From an uncultured delta proteobacterium (lineage in GTDB: Bacteria; Desulfobacterota; Binatia; Binatales; Binataceae): a stretch of DNA of 64,000 nt. A model generated the notes under the pieces. The model made no database searches. It worked only from the letters and a program-made list of their open reading frames with translations, and was not told the origin of the DNA. Positions 39,538 through 49,114 of the stretch are shown here, piece by piece (positions within the stretch are counted from its first letter, which is position 1; each line of letters begins with the position of its first letter). The translations under genes were made by a program, and so were the position numbers. The stretch spans positions 224,001-288,000 of the forward strand of contig CAWEEQ010000001.1 in assembly GCA_963808235.1 (NCBI GenBank), written 5' to 3'.

Positions 39538-39668
39538 GGCACGAGATCGACGTGTCATTTCCTGAAATCGCCCCTGATGGGGCTGGTATCTTCGACTGCG
39601 CACATAGTAGATACTCGCGACGATCGGATAGCCACTCGATTAGCCACTAAGACTGCGAGGGGAGAAAA

Positions 39669-40052
39669 ATGGCCGACAGCAGTATTTCACCGGACAAAGT
39701 GATCGCGTCGTTGCTCGAAGGCAAATCGCGCCGCGAGATCATGGTCATACTTGCGCGGCTCGAGCATGGGGGCGCGGGAATTTACGAGTCGCTCGCGTCA
39801 CAGGAAAAAAATCAGAAGGCGCGCGAGGCGCTGCTGGCCGCTGCCAAGCGCGAGGAGCAGAATTCGGCGCTGCTCAAGCTGATGACAACGACCAAGGACA
39901 AGTGCGAGAAATGCGGCAAGCCGGTGCCGGGTGCTGCTGACGCGCTGACCTGCTCCTTTCAATGCACTTTCTGCGTCGATTGCGCGAGTGGATACAATCA
40001 CGTTTGCCCGAACTGCTCGGGTCAACTCGCGGCTCGTAGCATTTCTCAGTAG
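39669..40052 (+). CDS. DUF1272 Cys-rich domain fused to an N-terminal ferritin-like helical hairpin
   Basis: C-terminal CEKC..CSFQCTFCVDCA..CPNCSGQL; N-terminal LE..GA..Y..LA..REE. Confidence 0.75.
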   Translation: MADSSISPDKVIASLLEGKSRREIMVILARLEHGGAGIYESLASQEKNQKAREALLAAAKREEQNSALLKLMTTTKDKCEKCGKPVPGAADALTCSFQCTFCVDCASGYNHVCPNCSGQLAARSISQ

Positions 40053-40067
40053 AGATATATTCCCCTC

Positions 40068-41357
40068 GTGAAACTGGCGGAGAAGGAGCTTGTAGGTGAG
40101 GTGCGCGCGCGCACTTCGCAGCGGCGACTCGCGATCGCCGGCATGGCCGGCAATATTCTCGAGTGGTACGACTTTTCGATCTACGGCTTCTTCGCGTACG
40201 CGATCGGCCAGAACTTCTTTCCATCGCATAGTGCTGCCACCTCGCTGATCGATGCGTTCGGAGTCTTCGCCGCGGGTTTTCTGATGCGCCCGCTGGGGGC
40301 CCTGGTCTTCGGCCATATCGGCGATCACTACGGACGTCAAAGAGCGCTGACCCTCTCCGTCGTCGCGATGGCTGTGCCGACGGTTCTTATCGGCTTACTG
40401 CCCACCTATCGGCAAATCGGCGTGAGTGCGGCGGTCCTGCTGGTGGTGCTGCGGCTGGTGCAGGGACTTTCCGTGGGGGGTGAGTACACCACGTCGGTGG
40501 TGTTCCTGATCGAAGGCTCGCTCACTCGGCGACGCGGCCTGATGGGCGCGTTCGGCGCGGCGGCGGCGTTTATCGGCGTGATGATCGGTTCGGGCGTCGG
40601 CGCGCTGGTAGCCGCGACGATGTCGCCGGAGGCGCTGGCCGGATGGGGATGGCGGCTGCCATTCCTGGCCGGAAGTACGATTGGAATTGCCGGCTACTTT
40701 ATTCGGCGCGAATTGCAAAATGCCGGCGAGCTACCACGCGTCGCTCCGCCCGCGATGGGCGACGTGCTGCGCACGCAATGGCGCCGGGTGCTGCAGGTCG
40801 CGGGCTTCAAGGTGCTGGAGTCGGTCGGCTTCTACTTGATGTTCGTATACTCGGCGACTTACCTGACCGAGATCGTGGGCCTCGCGAAAAGCAGAGCGCT
40901 GGCGATCAATACGATCGGGATGGCGGCCGCGGTTCTAATGCTGCCGGTGGCAGGCGCACTGTCCGATCGTTTCGGACGCAAGCCGATGCTCCTGCTCGCA
41001 TCGGGCTTGATCATTTGCCTGGCGTGGCCGCTGTTCAACGTGCTGTGGCATCCAATGTTTCACGCCCCGTTGCTGGGGCAGATTGGATTTGCACTGCTGA
41101 TCGCTTTGTTTGACGGCGTCGCTCCCACCACTGCCGCCGAGGCCTTTCCGGCCAATGTGCGCTGTACGGGCGTGGGACTGAGCCACAATCTTTGCATCGC
41201 ACTGCTGGGCGGAACCGCGCCGCTGGTCGCGACCTACTTGATCGACAGAACCGGCAACGAAATGGTACCGCCGCTTTACCTGATCGGAGCCGCGGTCGTG
41301 TCCGCCATTTTTGTATTGTCGCTCAAGGAGACGGCTCATCAGCCACTCGCGGAGTGA
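40068..41357 (+). CDS. MFS transporter, metabolite:H+ symporter (ProP-like)
   Basis: GNILEWYDF, MRPLGA, GDHYGR, RLVQGLSVGGEY, WGWRLPF. Confidence 0.93.
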   Translation: MKLAEKELVGEVRARTSQRRLAIAGMAGNILEWYDFSIYGFFAYAIGQNFFPSHSAATSLIDAFGVFAAGFLMRPLGALVFGHIGDHYGRQRALTLSVVAMAVPTVLIGLLPTYRQIGVSAAVLLVVLRLVQGLSVGGEYTTSVVFLIEGSLTRRRGLMGAFGAAAAFIGVMIGSGVGALVAATMSPEALAGWGWRLPFLAGSTIGIAGYFIRRELQNAGELPRVAPPAMGDVLRTQWRRVLQVAGFKVLESVGFYLMFVYSATYLTEIVGLAKSRALAINTIGMAAAVLMLPVAGALSDRFGRKPMLLLASGLIICLAWPLFNVLWHPMFHAPLLGQIGFALLIALFDGVAPTTAAEAFPANVRCTGVGLSHNLCIALLGGTAPLVATYLIDRTGNEMVPPLYLIGAAVVSAIFVLSLKETAHQPLAE

Positions 41358-41929
41358 CGCGCCTGGCGGCGCGTACTGAATCCAGTCAGCAGCGCGGATA
41401 CGAGCCACGCGAAGCTCTCGTCAACGTCGAGCGGGATGCCGAAGCCGCCCGCACTTTCCAGCGCGACGAAACCGTGCACAGCGCTTCTCATCGTGCGCAC
41501 CGCGTGGATTCCGTCGCGGCGACTGAGCCCGTATCCATGCACCACCGCGAGGCAGGTCTCGACGATCTGGTCGCCGGCCGCTTTCAATTCGGCGTCGCCT
41601 CGAAGCGCGGCGATCATCGTGGCCGCATAGATTCCAGGATGTTGTTTGACGAAGGTTCGATACGCAGTGGCGAGTCCGCGCACCGCGTCGTCGCGAGATT
41701 TCCCAACTGTCGCGCGGCTGAGAGCGGTGCCAAGTTCGCGTAGCGCAAGCAGTTTGAGCTCGCGGCGGAGTTCCTCGAGTCCGCCGACATGATTGTACAA
41801 AGATGGAGATCGAATGCGCAGTTTGGCCGCGACTTTGGCGAGCGTCAGCGCGTCCCATCCTTGCGCGTCGGCAATTTTCGCGGCGGCGCGAACAACCGCG
41901 TCCTTAGAGATTCCGACGTGCGTCGCCAA
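41339..41929 (-). CDS. TetR family regulator with WHG-type C-terminal domain
   Basis: LTLAKVAAKLRIRSPSLYNHV HTH; SAVHGFVALE. Confidence 0.9.
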   Translation of the reverse strand: MATHVGISKDAVVRAAAKIADAQGWDALTLAKVAAKLRIRSPSLYNHVGGLEELRRELKLLALRELGTALSRATVGKSRDDAVRGLATAYRTFVKQHPGIYAATMIAALRGDAELKAAGDQIVETCLAVVHGYGLSRRDGIHAVRTMRSAVHGFVALESAGGFGIPLDVDESFAWLVSALLTGFSTRRQARHSASG

Positions 41930-42839
41930 TCTGCGCCTCCTTGATGAAATCGATAATCGCGGGCGCGGCGATATCCGGATACTCGACGTGCGGATAATGC
42001 CCGGCGCCTTCGACCATCAGTCTTTTCCCATGCACATGACTCGCGACCCAGTCGGCCTCCGCCGCGGGATCGTCGAAGTCGGAGTCGCGCGAGCCCATCA
42101 CTACCAGCACCGGCGCGCGAACCTCGGGAATCCTCGCTTCGCACGGATTCTTCGACGCAGAGATCATCGCCTTGACCGCTTCGATTCGTCCGGGCTCCTT
42201 CAGGTTCGTTACGAGCGCTTCACGGTACGCAGGCAGGTCGGATGGTGGCGCTGACTTATAGAGCGACCCATAGTACATCGACCAAAACGACGGGCCCCAC
42301 GGACGAAGCATCGCGACTTTGAGGAAAGCAGTCAGAAAAGCAGAAGTCGGCATATCGCGGACGAACGGATCGATAAGCACGATTCCCGCGACAACTGAAG
42401 GAGCGTCGGCGGCCGTCCACACCGCAGCGGCGCCGGCCATCGAGTTGCCCAAGATGTACGCCTTCTTCGTGCCGAGATGATTGATCAGCGCGACAATATC
42501 CGCCCCCACCGAAGCGGCCGAGTAGTCGGGCCAATCGACCGAGGATTCGCCGTGTCCGCGCACGTCCATCGTGACCACGCGGAATCCGGCCGCTTCGAGT
42601 CGCGGTGCGAGAAGTCGATATTGCTGGCGCAGATCGCCGAGTCCGGGCACGCATATTACGATTGATCCGGCGCCGCCGGAGTCGTCGTAGGCGATTTGCC
42701 CATCGCGAAGTTTCAGCATCTGAGCTGGCTGCTCCGAGGTTGCACTCGATTGTGGCGCCGGCGTCGCGAGGGCGAACAGTGGAGTGCTTAGGGCCGCTGC
42801 GACGAGAATGACAGCTTCGCTTGTCGTGCTAAGTTTCAT
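41904..42839 (-). CDS. Alpha/beta hydrolase with N-terminal signal-like segment
   Basis: PGLGD, DVRGHG, GNSMAG, GAGHYPH. Confidence 0.88.
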   Translation of the reverse strand: MKLSTTSEAVILVAAALSTPLFALATPAPQSSATSEQPAQMLKLRDGQIAYDDSGGAGSIVICVPGLGDLRQQYRLLAPRLEAAGFRVVTMDVRGHGESSVDWPDYSAASVGADIVALINHLGTKKAYILGNSMAGAAAVWTAADAPSVVAGIVLIDPFVRDMPTSAFLTAFLKVAMLRPWGPSFWSMYYGSLYKSAPPSDLPAYREALVTNLKEPGRIEAVKAMISASKNPCEARIPEVRAPVLVVMGSRDSDFDDPAAEADWVASHVHGKRLMVEGAGHYPHVEYPDIAAPAIIDFIKEAQIGDARRNL

Positions 42840-42846
42840 AGTTAAA

Positions 42847-42875
42847 AGACTAATCGACTTAGTTAGACTGCGCAA
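42847..42875 (-). promoter_or_regulatory. Candidate leaderless promoter with an embedded TetR operator
   Basis: TTGCGC-N17-TAGTCT 7 nt before ATG 42839; inverted repeat ACTAA-N5-TTAGT at 42849-42863. Confidence 0.5.
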
Positions 42876-42995
42876 GCCTCCCGAGTGCTCGCCGCGAAAG
42901 TCCGCGGACTTTACGGGTGATGGCGAAACCCTGCTAGAGTAGGCTCAAGTCCGAACCTAATGCTCAGGCGACCGAACGTTTCAAGGAGATCATTC

Positions 42996-44081
42996 ATGCG
43001 CGCTGCCATAATGCGAGGTCGAAAGCTTGTCGTCGATACAGTCCCAAGCCCGGAGCCCGGGCCGGGCGAAGCGCTGGTGAAAACGCTGGCGTGCGGGATT
43101 TGCGGCTCGGATCTGCACGCGCTCAAGCACGCTGAAAGACTGGTAGAGCGTTCGCGCAAGACGGGCGCGCCGTTCACAATGGATCTCAATCGCGACATCG
43201 TGATGGGCCATGAGTTTTGCGCGGAAGTGATCGATTACGGACCGCAAACACAAAAGCATATCAAGCCGGGGACGCGCGTCTGTGCGATGCCGGTGCTGAT
43301 CAGATCGACCGGCGTCGACGCGGTGGGCTATTCGAACGAAAATCCGGGCGGCTATGGTGAACTGATGCGGCTGACCGAATTTCTGCTGCTGGAAGTGCCC
43401 AACGGCCTTTCAACCGAGCGTGCCGCGCTTACGGAACCGATGGCGGTCGGATATCACGCCGTTCAGAAAGCGCGCCTCGGACAAGACGATGCGCCGCTGG
43501 TGATCGGATGCGGTCCGGTTGGGCTTGCTGTGATCGCGGCGCTGAAGCTCATCGGCGCGCATCCTATAGTCGCGGCAGATTTTTCGGCGCGTCGGCGCGA
43601 GCTGGCGACGCAGATGGGTGCCGACTTCGTGGTCGATCCCAGAGAGAAGTCGCCTTACGACAGCTGGAAAGAGATGGCCGTTTATGCCGATCCCGCGACG
43701 GCGCCGAAATTGCCGCCATGGATTCCGGGTCCCGCGGTGCGGCCCGCCGTGATTTTCGAATGTGTGGGCGTGCCCGGCGTGATCGAATCGATAATGGCGG
43801 CTGCGCCCGGCAACGCGCGGATCATCGTGGTCGGCGTTTGCATGGAGCGCGATCAGATCGAGCCACTGACTGGTATCAGCAAGGAACTCAATATCCAGTT
43901 TGTGCTCGGCTATTCCCCGGACGAGTTCGCCGCGACGCTGCGTCATCTCGCGGAAGGCAGGGTCAACGGCGATCCGCTGATCACCGGCAAGGTCGGAGTC
44001 GATGGAGTGGCGAAGGCGTTCGAGGATCTGGCTTCTCCGGAGACGCACGCGAAAATCCTGGTCGAGCCGTGGCATAGCTGA
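42996..44081 (+). CDS. Zinc-binding medium-chain dehydrogenase
   Basis: CGICGSDLH, GHEF, EPMAVG, GCGPVG; lacks the structural-Zn Cys cluster. Confidence 0.9.
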   Translation: MRAAIMRGRKLVVDTVPSPEPGPGEALVKTLACGICGSDLHALKHAERLVERSRKTGAPFTMDLNRDIVMGHEFCAEVIDYGPQTQKHIKPGTRVCAMPVLIRSTGVDAVGYSNENPGGYGELMRLTEFLLLEVPNGLSTERAALTEPMAVGYHAVQKARLGQDDAPLVIGCGPVGLAVIAALKLIGAHPIVAADFSARRRELATQMGADFVVDPREKSPYDSWKEMAVYADPATAPKLPPWIPGPAVRPAVIFECVGVPGVIESIMAAAPGNARIIVVGVCMERDQIEPLTGISKELNIQFVLGYSPDEFAATLRHLAEGRVNGDPLITGKVGVDGVAKAFEDLASPETHAKILVEPWHS

Positions 44082-44144
44082 GATTGCCGAGGATTGCGCG
44101 CGTCGGGAGATAGCACGGGCATCGGCGCAATCGGAGAAACTTCG

Positions 44145-44906
44145 ATGGCACTACTGAGCGGCAAGGTAGCGTTGGTGACCGGCGCCGCGTCGGGAATCGG
44201 CAGGGCGGCGGCGCTCGTCTTTGCGCGCGAAGGCGCCCGCGTCATAGTCGCCGACACCGCGGATGAAGGAGGCGAGCAGACGGTCGCCGCGATACGCGAA
44301 GCGGGCGGCGAGGCGCAATTCGTGCGCTGCGATGTATCACACGCTCGTGACGTCGACGCGCTGGTCGCGGCGGCAGTGAAGACATTCGGGCGGCTCGACT
44401 GCGCATTCAACAACGCCGGCATCGCGGGACCGCAACGCAAGACCGCGGATTACGATGAGGACGAGTTCGATAAAATCATCGCGGTCGATCTGAAGGGCGT
44501 ATGGCTTTGCATGCGCGCCGAAATCCGCCAATTCCTCGCGCAGAAGGGACCTGGCGCGATCGTCAACACCGCGTCGGCGGCAGGCTTGGTCGCGTCGCAC
44601 TCGATGCCGGCGTACACCGCCGCAAAGCACGGGGTCGTCGGACTGACGAAGTGCGCGGCGCTCGAGTATGCGCGCTCAGGAATCAGGGTCAACGACGTTT
44701 GCCCCGGCGTGGTCGACACCCCGCTCGTGCATGGCATGATCGCCGGGCGGCCCAAGCTCGCGGCGCGACTCGACGAAGTCGAACCGATAGGACGCAAGGC
44801 GCGTCCCGAGGAAATAGCCGAAGCGGTCGTATGGCTATGCTCAGACCGAGCTTCATTCGTGACCGGATGCTCAATGTCAGTCGACGGCGGACTCACTGCC
44901 CAATAG
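44145..44906 (+). CDS. Short-chain dehydrogenase/reductase
   Basis: TGAASGIG, NNAG, YTAAK, CPG. Confidence 0.93.
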   Translation: MALLSGKVALVTGAASGIGRAAALVFAREGARVIVADTADEGGEQTVAAIREAGGEAQFVRCDVSHARDVDALVAAAVKTFGRLDCAFNNAGIAGPQRKTADYDEDEFDKIIAVDLKGVWLCMRAEIRQFLAQKGPGAIVNTASAAGLVASHSMPAYTAAKHGVVGLTKCAALEYARSGIRVNDVCPGVVDTPLVHGMIAGRPKLAARLDEVEPIGRKARPEEIAEAVVWLCSDRASFVTGCSMSVDGGLTAQ

Positions 44907-44918
44907 ATAGTAACTCCA

Positions 44919-46310
44919 ATGCTCGATCCGTTTATCGAAGCATGGCAACTGCGCGACTTAGTATTGAAAGGTGACATTCGTCCGCGCGAGGTCGCGGAGG
45001 TTTATCTTGCTCGAATCGAGCGCGCCAACCCGAAGCTCGGTGCGTATATGACTATTGCCGCGGATCGTGCGCTCGCCGATGCCGCACGACTGGAGACGTC
45101 GCGCGCGCGCTCTGCGTCGATGCCGCTTTACGGTGTGGCCTATTCGCTCAAGGATCTGACTCCGACGATCAACATCCGCACGACGCTCGGCTCGCGCAAT
45201 TACGCCGATTCGTTTCCGGCCCAGGAGGCGGTGATTGCCGAGCGCATGCACAATGCGGGTGGAATTCTGCTCGGCAAGACAAGTACGCCGGAATTTGGCG
45301 GGCGTCCGACTACCGAAGGCGGGCTTTGTCCGGTGGCGCACAATCCGTGGAATCTCGAGTACAACGCCGGCGGATCGAGCGGTGGCGCGGCAGCGGCGGT
45401 TGCCGCGGGCCTGGGTCCTCTGGCGGAGGGCAGCGACGGCGGCGGATCGATTCGCGGGCCGGCCTCGAATTGCGGCGTGGTCGGGCTGAAGCCGTCACGT
45501 GGACGGATAACCTATGCGCCGCATCGCGGCGAAGCGTGGGGAGGGTTCGCAACGCGCGGCCCCATCGCGCGATCGGTGCGCGACGTCGCGATGATGCTCG
45601 ACGTGATCGCCGGTCCCGTCGTCGGCGATCCCTATTGGGCGCCGCCGCCCGAGCGTCCCTTCGAACACGCAGTGCGGACACATGTTGGGAATCTCAGACT
45701 AGCGAAAATTGCCACTTCGAAACTCGGCGGAGTCGATTCCGATGTCGCGGCCACGTTTGAATCTGCTTGCGCCGCGATGACCGAGATGGGGCATCGAGTC
45801 GAGCCTCTCGACCTCGATCCCGGCGCGATGCTCATTGAATGCGCCCGCGTCTTGATCTGCGTCGGAATCGCCGCGGTTCCCGTGACCAATCCGGAATTGA
45901 TCGATCCAGTCGTGCGCGAGATGTACGAGTTCGGGCGCAAGGTCAGCGCGGCAGAGTATGTGAACCTGGTCGTCACGATGCACAACGTCGCGCGCGCGAT
46001 CGTCGAGCGCCTCGAGCCATACGATGCACTTCTAACGCCCACGATGACCCGGCCCGCGATGCGCAATGGAACCTTTCCATCGAAACCAAGTAGCTACCTG
46101 GATGAACTATGGACTTGGATTGCATTTGAGTATCCATTCAACGCGACCGGCCAGCCTGCAATTACTATCCCAGCGGGGTTCGGCCGCGCAGGACTGCCTA
46201 TTGGACTTCAGATCGTCGGGCGGCCCAACGGCGAGTTCGACTTGATCGCACTTGCGGCTGCTTTCGAGACGGCGCGTCCATGGAATCATCTGCGTCCGCC
46301 AGCAATGTAA
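44919..46310 (+). CDS. Amidase-signature family amidase
   Basis: [26 protein letters not shown]. Confidence 0.93.
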   Translation: MLDPFIEAWQLRDLVLKGDIRPREVAEVYLARIERANPKLGAYMTIAADRALADAARLETSRARSASMPLYGVAYSLKDLTPTINIRTTLGSRNYADSFPAQEAVIAERMHNAGGILLGKTSTPEFGGRPTTEGGLCPVAHNPWNLEYNAGGSSGGAAAAVAAGLGPLAEGSDGGGSIRGPASNCGVVGLKPSRGRITYAPHRGEAWGGFATRGPIARSVRDVAMMLDVIAGPVVGDPYWAPPPERPFEHAVRTHVGNLRLAKIATSKLGGVDSDVAATFESACAAMTEMGHRVEPLDLDPGAMLIECARVLICVGIAAVPVTNPELIDPVVREMYEFGRKVSAAEYVNLVVTMHNVARAIVERLEPYDALLTPTMTRPAMRNGTFPSKPSSYLDELWTWIAFEYPFNATGQPAITIPAGFGRAGLPIGLQIVGRPNGEFDLIALAAAFETARPWNHLRPPAM

Positions 46311-46334
46311 ATCGCGCTTAGGAGAGTTCGAACG

Positions 46335-47063
46335 ATGCCAACATTCAAGCACGAAGACGTGTCGCTGTATTACGAGGAGTATGGCGCCGGGTATCCGATT
46401 CTGCTGTTCGCGCCCGGCGGGATGCGTTCCAGTATCGAGTTCTGGAGCAAGAGTCCGTTCGATCCGACCAAGGTGCTCGCGTCGGACTTTCGCGTGATCG
46501 CGATGGACCAGCGCAACGCCGGCAAGTCGAGCGCGCCCATCAGTGCCGCGGACGGATGGGAAACCTACACCAGTGATCACGTCGCGCTGCTCGATCATCT
46601 GGGAATCAAGCGATGCCACGTGATGGGCGGATGTATCGGATCGTCGTACTGTCTCGGCCTCATCAAGGCCGCGCCGGAGCGCGTCAGCGCCGCGATTTTG
46701 CAGAATCCGATCGGGCTCAGTCCGCGCAATCGCGAGATGTTTTTCGCGATGTTCGACGGCTGGGCGGAAGCTGTCAACAAGGAGCAGCGAAGGCTGGACG
46801 CGGCCGGACTCCGCGAGTTTCGCGATCGTATGTACGGTACCGATTTTGTTTTCAACGTGTCGCGCGAGTTCGTGCGCTCGTGCAAGACGCCGATGCTGAT
46901 CCTCTGCGGCAGCGACGACTATCATCCAACCGCGACGTCCAAGGAAATCGCCGAGCTTGCACCGAACGCCGAGCTCGTCGAGAACTGGAAAACTCCTGAC
47001 ACCATCGCGGGAACCGTGAAGCGGGTGCGCGAATTCCTGGCTTCGCACACACCAAAAAAATGA
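46335..47063 (+). CDS. Alpha/beta hydrolase with Cys at the nucleophile position (GGCIG)
   Basis: APGG, MDQRNAG, MGGCIGS, DDYHP. Confidence 0.82.
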   Translation: MPTFKHEDVSLYYEEYGAGYPILLFAPGGMRSSIEFWSKSPFDPTKVLASDFRVIAMDQRNAGKSSAPISAADGWETYTSDHVALLDHLGIKRCHVMGGCIGSSYCLGLIKAAPERVSAAILQNPIGLSPRNREMFFAMFDGWAEAVNKEQRRLDAAGLREFRDRMYGTDFVFNVSREFVRSCKTPMLILCGSDDYHPTATSKEIAELAPNAELVENWKTPDTIAGTVKRVREFLASHTPKK

Positions 47064-47074
47064 ATCCCCCGGAG

Positions 47075-49114
47075 CTAGCGATCGAGCGTCTTCTTGATTC
47101 GATCGGCGAGCCCGGAGAACCGCTCGACCGGGTTGTCGATCGCCGACCTGAAAGTTGATTCGGCGCCCAGCACCACGGTCGACCGCTTGCTGCGGCTGAT
47201 CGCGGTATAGATCAACTCGCGCGTCAGGATCGCGATCGGTTTCTCGGGAAGTACGATTGCGGTCGAATCGAATTCCGAACCCTGCGCCTTGTGCACGGTC
47301 ATCGCGTATGCGAGCTCGACGAATTCGCGCAGTGCCTCGAAGCGGAACGCGACGAAGTTGCCGGCGCGCGGAAATACCGCCATCGGGATCTGTCGAGCGT
47401 CGCCGGGCCGCACCCAGAGCCGGAGTCCCTGATCGCCGTTGAACAGTCCGCGTTCGTAATCGTTGCGCAGCACCAGCAACGGCTCGCCGACCACGAACGG
47501 CGCAAGCCGCGCCGCGACTGCCGCGTTTTCGGCGGCGCGAGCATGAAGATGCGCATTGATTACTTCAACGCCGGTATCGAGGACCCGCGTAACGCACAGG
47601 ATGCGCGATTTTCCCGCGTGCACGAACAGCCTGCGCAAGCGATCGCAGTCCGCGTCGTCGAATCCGCCGTCGCGCTCGATGTACTCATGCGCGAGAAGCT
47701 CCGCGATTTCCGCTCCGCTACGCACGCGCTCGTCGTACCAACGCTCGAGAAACGGCCTGAGTTCGCGAGCGTTCGCACTCATGAATTCGGCGCCGGAGAA
47801 GGTAATCTCGTCTGCCGACGATCTCCGCTCGAAGATTGGCTGCTTCGAACCGATCAGATCGGATCGTCCTTCCTTAATCGCTTGCGCGGCGCGCAGGATT
47901 GCGCCGCCCGCCGCGTCTTCTTTCTTCATCCGATGATTTTCTTCCAGTCGCACCGAGACAGTTCCGAGAATGCCGGAACCGTCGCCTACTCGCGGCACCA
48001 GATCGCGGAACACCGAGCCGGCGGCGACCGACGGAAGTTGGTCCGCATCGCCAAGCAGAATCAGCCGCGCTCCGGGCTGGATCGCATCCGTCAGTCGCTC
48101 CATCAAAGTAAGATCGAGCATCGATCCTTCGTCCACGATCACAACTTTGGCTGACAAAGGATTGTTGTGGTGATGGCGGAAGCGGCCCGAGTCAATCGAG
48201 TAGCCAAGGTGACGATGAATAGTTGCGGGCTCGGGATGCGCCTCCAGGAGCGCTCTGTCGATATCGTCCCCTTTCTCGATTCGCGACAAGGACTCGCGAA
48301 TACACTCGCCCATCCGGTACGCCGCCTTTCCGGTCGGCGCCGCGAGCAAAATATGTGCGGGATCGATTCCGAGCCGCACCATCAGTCGCATGATCGAAAC
48401 AACGATCGAAGTTTTTCCGGTGCCGGGACCTCCTGAGATCACGGTGAGACCCGCGCGCGCCGCGGCAGCAACAGCGTGGCGCTGCTCCGCCGACATCGCT
48501 ATTGGCCTGCCCTCCACGATCACCGGCCGCGAGAATACGCCGTCGAGAGCGGAGTTGAGCTCGTTCGTATCGAGCCGCGAGTTGACACCGTCGATCAGCA
48601 TCGCCGTGAGCCGGTTTGTAAGTTGTGATTCGCTGCGAAGAATTCTCTGATGAAATATGTACGGGGTAAGAAAGAGCAGCGGCTTGTAATCATCGTCCTC
48701 GCGGCCAATCACCGCGGATGCGCGATTCGAGTGAAGTAGCGCCTCGATTGATTTGTAAATTTTCTCGCTCGCATCGGGATCGAAGCCGTCGCCGCAAAGC
48801 GTACCGAGCATGCGGCGCATCGGCGTCGCCGAGATTGGACCTACGACCGGAAACCGCGTGCTTCCTTCCTGCGACGCGGCAAGCGAGACCAGGACGAGCG
48901 CAATAAGCGCGATTCGCTCGTCGGCTTCCAGAGCCGGTTCGAACGCGGCGAGCTCGGCCGCCAGGTGAACCGATTCGGACCCGAGGTTGAGTTCCGCGAC
49001 GTTAGCCTCGAGCGCGCGCATCTTTTCGGCGAATGCGGAACTTCGACCGCCGCGCGCTGCGTCAAAGCGTCTCCACGCAGTATCCATTCCGAGCAGTGAG
49101 TATTCCGATTTCAA
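47075..49114 (-). CDS. recD: Exodeoxyribonuclease V alpha subunit (5'-3' helicase)
   Basis: GGPGTGKT, AAPTGKAA, TIHRHLG, VDEGSM, GDADQLPSV, NGDQG, AMTVHKAQGSEF, RELIYTAISR; TTG start overlaps the recB stop. Confidence 0.95.
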   Translation of the reverse strand: MKSEYSLLGMDTAWRRFDAARGGRSSAFAEKMRALEANVAELNLGSESVHLAAELAAFEPALEADERIALIALVLVSLAASQEGSTRFPVVGPISATPMRRMLGTLCGDGFDPDASEKIYKSIEALLHSNRASAVIGREDDDYKPLLFLTPYIFHQRILRSESQLTNRLTAMLIDGVNSRLDTNELNSALDGVFSRPVIVEGRPIAMSAEQRHAVAAAARAGLTVISGGPGTGKTSIVVSIMRLMVRLGIDPAHILLAAPTGKAAYRMGECIRESLSRIEKGDDIDRALLEAHPEPATIHRHLGYSIDSGRFRHHHNNPLSAKVVIVDEGSMLDLTLMERLTDAIQPGARLILLGDADQLPSVAAGSVFRDLVPRVGDGSGILGTVSVRLEENHRMKKEDAAGGAILRAAQAIKEGRSDLIGSKQPIFERRSSADEITFSGAEFMSANARELRPFLERWYDERVRSGAEIAELLAHEYIERDGGFDDADCDRLRRLFVHAGKSRILCVTRVLDTGVEVINAHLHARAAENAAVAARLAPFVVGEPLLVLRNDYERGLFNGDQGLRLWVRPGDARQIPMAVFPRAGNFVAFRFEALREFVELAYAMTVHKAQGSEFDSTAIVLPEKPIAILTRELIYTAISRSKRSTVVLGAESTFRSAIDNPVERFSGLADRIKKTLDR

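Noticed and set aside
11781-40446. E. coli-type Chi sites GCTGGTGG (e.g. 11781, 34184, 40439)
   Set aside because: The few copies seen are compatible with chance, and Chi sequences are lineage-specific
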